This document shows positions 58,295 through 64,000 of a stretch of 64,000 nucleotides of DNA, one piece after another (positions within the stretch are counted from its first letter, which is position 1; every line of letters begins with the position of its first letter). Both the position numbers and the translations under genes were made by a program. The stretch spans positions 24,523 through 88,522 of the forward strand of contig CAYTGL010000006.1 in the NCBI GenBank assembly GCA_964437335.1, given 5' to 3'. This DNA is from an uncultured Chromatiales bacterium (GTDB lineage: Bacteria > Pseudomonadota > Gammaproteobacteria > SZUA-140). The notes beneath the pieces were generated by a model that was given only the letters and a program-made list of their open reading frames with translations, made no database searches and was not told where the DNA came from.

Positions 58295-60181
58295 ATGCCC
58301 ATCTCATATAAGCTCCTGCCGATCTCCGCCGTGCTCGCCAGCCTGTCACTGCTCGCGGGCTGTTCCTCCGATGGCAATGAGCCCGGACGCTTCACGGTCG
58401 GCGGCACGGTCACCGGCCTTGCCGCAGGCAACACCATCGTGCTGCGGAACAACGGTATCGACAACCTCACTGTCAATAGCGACGGCGCCTACGCTTTCCC
58501 GAGGACACTGACCGAAGGCGATGCCTATGCAGTCACGGTGCTGAGCCCGCCGACGTCGCCGAATCAGACCTGCCTCATCGACAACGCCGAAGGCCCCATG
58601 CCCGGCGGCAACGTCACCTATGTCGCGATCAACTGTTACAGCGAGATCGCGCTGCAGGCAACGCCCGGTAACGGCAGGATCCTGCTCAGCTGGAATCCCG
58701 GCGATTTCACCAGTGCGACCTTCAACCTTTGCCAGGCGGAGGCCCCGATCGACAGCGGCGTTGCGAACTGCGCGGCGCACGATGGCGGCATCCTGATACC
58801 GAATGCCGACAGCCCGTACGACACCGGCGTGCTGGAACTCGACACGCCCTACTGGTTCCTGCTCGAAGCCGTCCATCCGGGCGAGCGGCGCACCCAGTCG
58901 AACATGATGATGCGTTCGATACCGTCCGGACTCGATGCCCCGCTCGCGACGCTGAACGACACCGGCGTCGACTGGTGCGCCGACAACGACACCAATATCG
59001 CGAGCACCGGATCGTTCGCGGAGAAGACCGTCGGCTGTAATCAGGTCGCCGCGACCCACCCGGAACAGGACGCCGAGCAGGGCCGTGACGCCGCGGCCCG
59101 GGCCGGAACGCTGATCAAGATCGGGACCGGTTCCTCGGGTTTTGACTTTACCCGGATCTGCAACAGCGGCGAGGCTGCCGGCCAGGGCGCCTGTCCGGTA
59201 GCGCCGCTGATCGGCGGCAATGCGAATGACTGGGGATGCGTGCGCGACAACGTCACTGGCCTGATGTGGGAGGTCAAGCCGGGCGGCTTCAACCAGCTCC
59301 GCTCGATCCGCCACCTCTATACCTGGTTCGATCCCGCCGCCGGCGGTAATCAGGGCGTGCAGAACGGCGGCTTTTGCGCCGCGATCGACGGCAGTTGCGC
59401 TAATCCGGCCTACGAGACTGACACCCATGCCTACGTCCAGGCGGTCAATGCCGGGATCCTGTGCGGACAAAGCGACTGGCGGCTGCCGACGATCGACGAA
59501 CTGCATTCGATCAGCGACAAGGGTCGCATCAACCCGGCGATCTCCCAGACCACCTTCCCGGACACGACGAACCAGGGCTTCTGGTCGGCTGCGACCGTCG
59601 CGGGCTTCGCAGACGAAGCCTGGTACCTCGACTTCACCGACGGTAACGACCGCTGGGACACCAAAGGCCGCGCGCACAGTATCCGGGTCGTGCGTGGCCA
59701 GGCGTGGGCGCCCGCGACCGCCGCCGATATCCCGTCCGCATCCGCTGAATGCACAGCGGGTCTCGCGGAGAACACGCCGTCGAGCGATTTCACCGCGATC
59801 GAGGACGGCGGCATCGTCCGCCATGTGCCGACCGGCCTTGAATGGCAGCGCTGCGCGCGCGGTCAGGCCTGGAGTGGCAGCACCTGCACCGGTGCACCGA
59901 GCATCCATACCTGGCGGCAGGCCTTGAGCGACGCCGGGGCAATCGATGGCTGGCGCCTGCCGAACGTCAATGAACTGCGTACCATCGCCGAACGCTGCCG
60001 CGTCGCACCGGCGGTCAATCAGCAGGTGTTCCCGAACGCGCCGGGCGCGGCCTTCCTCAGTGCATCGCCAGCCGCCGCGAATCCGAACGAAGTCTGGATC
60101 GTTCATTTTCTCAGCGGCATTGGCAACCGCATTGATAAAAGCCGTGGCGCGCACGTCCGCCTGGTGCGCGATGGCCAGTAA
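58295..60181 (+). CDS. Lipoprotein with two DUF1566 (Lcl C-terminal-like) domains
   Basis: Lipobox SLLAGC, LNDTG, QDAEQGRDA, VRDNVTGLMWE, WRLPTIDEL, PTGLEWQRC and WRLPNVNEL. Confidence 0.88.
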   Translation: MPISYKLLPISAVLASLSLLAGCSSDGNEPGRFTVGGTVTGLAAGNTIVLRNNGIDNLTVNSDGAYAFPRTLTEGDAYAVTVLSPPTSPNQTCLIDNAEGPMPGGNVTYVAINCYSEIALQATPGNGRILLSWNPGDFTSATFNLCQAEAPIDSGVANCAAHDGGILIPNADSPYDTGVLELDTPYWFLLEAVHPGERRTQSNMMMRSIPSGLDAPLATLNDTGVDWCADNDTNIASTGSFAEKTVGCNQVAATHPEQDAEQGRDAAARAGTLIKIGTGSSGFDFTRICNSGEAAGQGACPVAPLIGGNANDWGCVRDNVTGLMWEVKPGGFNQLRSIRHLYTWFDPAAGGNQGVQNGGFCAAIDGSCANPAYETDTHAYVQAVNAGILCGQSDWRLPTIDELHSISDKGRINPAISQTTFPDTTNQGFWSAATVAGFADEAWYLDFTDGNDRWDTKGRAHSIRVVRGQAWAPATAADIPSASAECTAGLAENTPSSDFTAIEDGGIVRHVPTGLEWQRCARGQAWSGSTCTGAPSIHTWRQALSDAGAIDGWRLPNVNELRTIAERCRVAPAVNQQVFPNAPGAAFLSASPAAANPNEVWIVHFLSGIGNRIDKSRGAHVRLVRDGQ

Positions 60182-60234
60182 TCACGCTCCCCGCTCAGAG
60201 TATAAGCGCGGTAATAATCACAACGGCTGAGCAA

Positions 60235-60699
60235 TCACAGCCAGCGGCGAACAGATCTCTGATAGTCGGCGTAGGCACTTCCGAATGCGGCGTGAAGCGC
60301 GCGCTCTTCGGGGATAATCTGGAATCGCGTCATGTACACGACGAAGACCGGGAGCGCCACGAATGCGAGGAGATTGGATATGTGCATTCCCCACCCTGCC
60401 AGCACCAGCAGGAATCCCAGATACATCGGATTCTTGCTGAAACGATAGATACCGGTAACGACCAGGGTCGAAGCCATTTCCGGCCGCGTGGGGTCAACCG
60501 TCGTGTGCGCACGATGAAACGCGGTAGCGCCAACCAGGGTGATCGCCATGCCGGGGAGGGTGAACAGCCACATGACCGCTGACTGCCACGGAAAAGAAAA
60601 CCACATCGCCGGGGTAATAAACGGTGTCAGCCACATCAGCAGCGCGAGCGCGGCAGCGAGCACCGCCGGCGGAATCTTCGTCTCCAATGCATTCATCAC
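60235..60699 (-). CDS. Isoprenylcysteine carboxyl methyltransferase family protein
   Basis: LVVTGIYRFSKNPMYLG, PEERAL...FG..Y..Y...VRRWL. Confidence 0.9.
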   Translation of the reverse strand: MMNALETKIPPAVLAAALALLMWLTPFITPAMWFSFPWQSAVMWLFTLPGMAITLVGATAFHRAHTTVDPTRPEMASTLVVTGIYRFSKNPMYLGFLLVLAGWGMHISNLLAFVALPVFVVYMTRFQIIPEERALHAAFGSAYADYQRSVRRWL

Positions 60700-60911
60700 T
60701 GTACTTGTCTGCCTCTTCCTGTATTGACTCCGGCCCCGAATCTTTGCTGTTTTTTTGTTTCAGGTTCCATTGGGATACTATTAATCAGATCGGTCAAGTC
60801 ACGTGTCAAGTAATATAACCGTGGTATATCGCGGCGGCTGCCGGTCGCCGCGGGAATCAGGTTCGCGAGCGGGGCCGGTCGAGTGTCCTGCCGAACAGGG
60901 GAGCGTGAGCA

Positions 60912-61292
60912 ATGGGCGTGAAGATTCTTGATGACGCTGACGGCGTGGTGACGGTAAGGCTTACCGGTAAACTCCGGGAGTCGGAACTGCTTGCGATGCA
61001 GAATAAAATCGCGGCGATCATTCGCTCGAGGGGGAAGGTGAGTCTGCTCGTGATAGCCGAGGACTTCGACGGCTGGGAACAAGGCGGTGAGTGGAACAGT
61101 TTCACGTTCCAGGAACAGAACGATGCCAAAATCAGCAGGATGGCCATCGTCGGCGAACCGAAATGGGAAGCCTCAGCGCTGATGTTCACGGCCGAAGGTC
61201 TGCGCCCCTTCCCGATAGAGTACTTCCCTCCGGACATGCTCGCCCGCGCGCGCGCCTGGGCAATGTCGGACGGTAACCACCGCGAAGATTGA
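60912..61292 (+). CDS. STAS/SEC14 (SpoIIAA-like) domain protein
   Basis: GKV.LL....DF.GWE, RMAIVG...W and EYF......ARAW. Confidence 0.85.
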   Translation: MGVKILDDADGVVTVRLTGKLRESELLAMQNKIAAIIRSRGKVSLLVIAEDFDGWEQGGEWNSFTFQEQNDAKISRMAIVGEPKWEASALMFTAEGLRPFPIEYFPPDMLARARAWAMSDGNHRED

Positions 61293-61381
61293 GGCGCTTG
61301 AACTATCACAGGCAATGGCGTAAAGAGTGTTGTACAAGCAAGTAATACGTCGTGAACAAACATGATTCTTGATGGCCACCC

Positions 61382-62497
61382 ATGAATTCCGCCGGCCCGT
61401 CACCGGGAAGTGATGACTTCGTACGCAGGACGGTTGAGGCCGCCATACGAATTGGCGTCCTCTTTATCCTGGCGTACTGGTGCTTCCAGATCCTGCAGCC
61501 CTTCATCTTCCCGATGGTGTGGGGCGTCGTGCTGGCGATCGCCATGTATCCGATGTACCGTCGCCTGAACAGCGCGCTCGGCGGAGATTATCGCCGCGTG
61601 GCGGCCGCGCTCCTGACCCTCCTCATGCTTGTAGTGTTGATCCTGCCCGCGGCCATCCTTACTGAAACGGTCATTTCCGGCGCGAAGAACGTCGCTGAAG
61701 GCATGCAGGCCGGGACACTGTATGTGCCGCCGCCGCCGGAAAGCATCAAAGACTGGCCGCTGATCGGATCACGGGTGCATGACTTCTGGCGCTTGCTGTC
61801 CGAGAATCTCGAATCGGCGGTAGCGCCACTACTCCCGCAACTCCAGGTATTCGCGAAATGGCTGCTGGCAGTGGCGGCGGATGCCGGGATCGGCATCCTC
61901 ATCTTCCTCGCGGCGATCATCATCTCGGGCGTATTACTGGCGTATTCCGCGGCGGGCGCGCACATGGCCCAGGCGATCGGGAGACGCCTGGCGGGTGACA
62001 GGGGTCAGGAGTTCGTCGATGTCGCCGGGGCTACCATTCGCAGCGTCGCGACCGGCATCCTGGGTGTCGCCATCATCCAGGCGCTGCTCGCCGGCATCGG
62101 CTTCCTCGCGATCGGTTTGCCGGGGGCCGGGCTATGGGCGCTGCTGGTCCTGTTCCTGTGCATCATCCAGATCGGGCCCGGGCTGGTCATACTGCCAATT
62201 ATCATTTACGTCTTCTACACCACTGACCTGGTGATCGCGATCATCTTCACCGTATGGATCGTACTGGTCGGCCTGGTGGACAACGTCCTGAAACCGCTGC
62301 TGCTGGGTCGGGGTGTCCCGGTGCCGACACTGATCATCTTCCTCGGAGCTATCGGCGGGTTTCTCAGCGCGGGCATCGTGGGCCTGTTCGTCGGCGCGGT
62401 CATTCTTGCGCTCGGTTACCGGCTCTTCCTGCTCTGGCTTCATCAGGAAGATGCGGAACCGGCGAAGGCTGGGGAACAGAAAGCTCCCGCAGAGTAG
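61382..62497 (+). CDS. AI-2E family transporter
   Basis: PFIFPMVWG.VLA, DNVLKPLL.G and GLFVG.VILA. Confidence 0.92.
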   Translation: MNSAGPSPGSDDFVRRTVEAAIRIGVLFILAYWCFQILQPFIFPMVWGVVLAIAMYPMYRRLNSALGGDYRRVAAALLTLLMLVVLILPAAILTETVISGAKNVAEGMQAGTLYVPPPPESIKDWPLIGSRVHDFWRLLSENLESAVAPLLPQLQVFAKWLLAVAADAGIGILIFLAAIIISGVLLAYSAAGAHMAQAIGRRLAGDRGQEFVDVAGATIRSVATGILGVAIIQALLAGIGFLAIGLPGAGLWALLVLFLCIIQIGPGLVILPIIIYVFYTTDLVIAIIFTVWIVLVGLVDNVLKPLLLGRGVPVPTLIIFLGAIGGFLSAGIVGLFVGAVILALGYRLFLLWLHQEDAEPAKAGEQKAPAE

Positions 62498-62535
62498 CGC
62501 CGATCGCCGGGCAAGACTTCTGGCCGGCCTTGCGA

Positions 62536-63999
62536 TCAGAGCATCAGCAATACGATCACCAGGCCCCAAAGCGTCAGCAAGGTATTACTGACCGCATAGG
62601 GCACCGTATAACCGAGCGACGGGATATTGCTCTTGGCGACGTCGGCCAACATCGCCACTGATGCGGTGCTGGTGCGGGCGCCTCCGCAGCAACCGAGGTT
62701 GATCGCCGGGTGGAACTTGAAGATGTACTTGCCGATCAGCGGTGCAAGCAGCATCGGCACCGACGTCGCGATCATTCCCCACAGGAACAGGGACGCGCCG
62801 GCCTCCTTCATGCCTTCGACGAATCCCGGTCCTGCCGATATCCCGACAATCGCTATGAACACGTTGAGGCCCACGGAATTCATGAACCACTGGGTCGCCT
62901 CCGGCAGGCGGCCGAACGTCGGACGCACGCTGCGCAACCATCCCAGGATCAGCCCGCCAAACAGCACGCCGCCGGACGCCGACAAGGTAAGCGGGACAGC
63001 GCCGACGGTATAGGTCAGCGAGCCGATCAGTCCGGCCACGGTGATGAACAAGCCCACCCAGACCATGTCGGTCGCCGCCGACGGCCGGTCCGCATAGCCC
63101 AGCGCCTTCTCGACCCGCTGGATATGGGTAGCCCGGCCGGAGACCTTAAGGATGTCGCCGCGGTATATCTTCGTTTGCGCGAGTATCGGCACGTCGACAC
63201 TGGTCGCGCCACGGGTGATCTTTCTGAGGAAAACGCCCCTGGCGAATTCATCCTTTGAAAGGTCGATGAGTGTCCTGCCGTTGGCCTGCTTGCTGGTCAC
63301 CACGAGGTCGACCGACTCCACGGGGATATCCAGCAACTCGGGGTCTGCAACCTCCTCGACGCGTACGGTCAGCGCGATCAGCGCCTCGGTCCTGCCGGAC
63401 AGAACCCCGACGTCGCCCGCCTTGAGCACCAGATTGCCGTCGAACTCGATGATTTCGCCGTCACGACGCAGTCGCTCGACGAATATGCGTTTATCTGCAT
63501 TGAGACGCTCCATCTCCGCGACCGTCTTGCCGACCGCGGGTCCGCCTTCGGGCACCCGGAAGGCGCGCATCTGCAGCTGTTGCCACGCGGATTTCATTCC
63601 GCCGGCGGGCGCGCCTTGCGCCAGTTGCGCCTCGTACTTTTTGCATTCCTCCACGAGGTCGATGCGCAGCAACCGGGGGCCGAGTACGGACAGGATGATG
63701 CCGGTGCCGATGGTGCCGAACAGATAGGTAATCGCATAGGCAATCGGAATCTTGTTCAGCATCTGGTCCGCATTCTCGACGCCCGAACTGGTGATGGCGC
63801 CGGTGGCCAGACCGATCGAAGCCGAGATCGTCTGGCTGCCCGCGTGCAGTCCGGCGGCAAGCCCGGCGTCGAAGCCTGCTATTCTTGAGGCGATATACAC
63901 GCAGAGCAGGCACAGCAGCGAGATGACGACGCCGAAGATCGCCTGCGGCGCCCCGTCCCGGGCGACGCCGCGCACGAACTGCGGCCCGACGCTGTAACC
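62536..63999 (-). CDS. aspT: Aspartate-alanine antiporter family (YidE/YbjL) transporter, 5'-truncated
   Basis: GYSVGPQF at the window edge, AG..T.SA.IG, two TrkA-C-like domains and G.RTSTA...GY.VPYA. Confidence 0.85.
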   Translation of the reverse strand, partial: GYSVGPQFVRGVARDGAPQAIFGVVISLLCLLCVYIASRIAGFDAGLAAGLHAGSQTISASIGLATGAITSSGVENADQMLNKIPIAYAITYLFGTIGTGIILSVLGPRLLRIDLVEECKKYEAQLAQGAPAGGMKSAWQQLQMRAFRVPEGGPAVGKTVAEMERLNADKRIFVERLRRDGEIIEFDGNLVLKAGDVGVLSGRTEALIALTVRVEEVADPELLDIPVESVDLVVTSKQANGRTLIDLSKDEFARGVFLRKITRGATSVDVPILAQTKIYRGDILKVSGRATHIQRVEKALGYADRPSAATDMVWVGLFITVAGLIGSLTYTVGAVPLTLSASGGVLFGGLILGWLRSVRPTFGRLPEATQWFMNSVGLNVFIAIVGISAGPGFVEGMKEAGASLFLWGMIATSVPMLLAPLIGKYIFKFHPAINLGCCGGARTSTASVAMLADVAKSNIPSLGYTVPYAVSNTLLTLWGLVIVLLML

Positions 64000-64000
64000 G

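Noticed and set aside
58295-60181. Diversity-generating retroelement targeting the DUF1566 or FGE-fold genes
   Set aside because: No reverse transcriptase, avd gene or template repeat is visible in the window.

Overview
A GC-rich, apparently gammaproteobacterial chromosomal window (inferred from gene content) in three parts. (1) 1-17,020: a large, mostly minus-strand respiratory cluster. It holds a divergent cbb3-type (C-family) heme-copper oxidase: ccoN, an enlarged ccoO, a heme-less ccoP-like gene and a hidden 50-aa ccoQ-like gene. It also carries ccoS, two stand-alone 4-TM heme-copper-oxidase units, two paralogous monoheme cytochromes c, a dihaem c4, a CxxC thioredoxin-like lipoprotein, a non-catalytic FGE-fold protein, a fused MFS/spermidine-synthase-like protein, many membrane hypotheticals and several RBS-backed micro-peptides missed by the ORF track. 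No ccoG/H/I is visible in the window. (2) 17,682-53,970: core housekeeping genes (mutM, Gld-like ABC, PTS/hprK/rapZ/ptsN, rpoN, lptBAC, kdsCD, ubiAC, recG, ridA, spoT, rpoZ, gmk, yicC, rph, rdgB, hemW, serB, trmB, thiGS, asmA, mutY, yggX, tRNA-Gly, tRNA-Phe). This part includes a yrbG pseudogene remnant and a GGGTC/GACCC REP-like palindrome family at convergent gene ends. (3) 54,169-64,000: accessory genes after tRNA-Phe (CSLREA/DUF11/CFI-box surface protein, methyltransferase, DUF1566 lipoprotein, ICMT-family protein, STAS/SEC14 protein, AI-2E transporter, partial AspT-like antiporter). No CRISPR array, integrase or transposase was seen. Family assignments are from motif recognition and recalled reference sequences, not from database searches.
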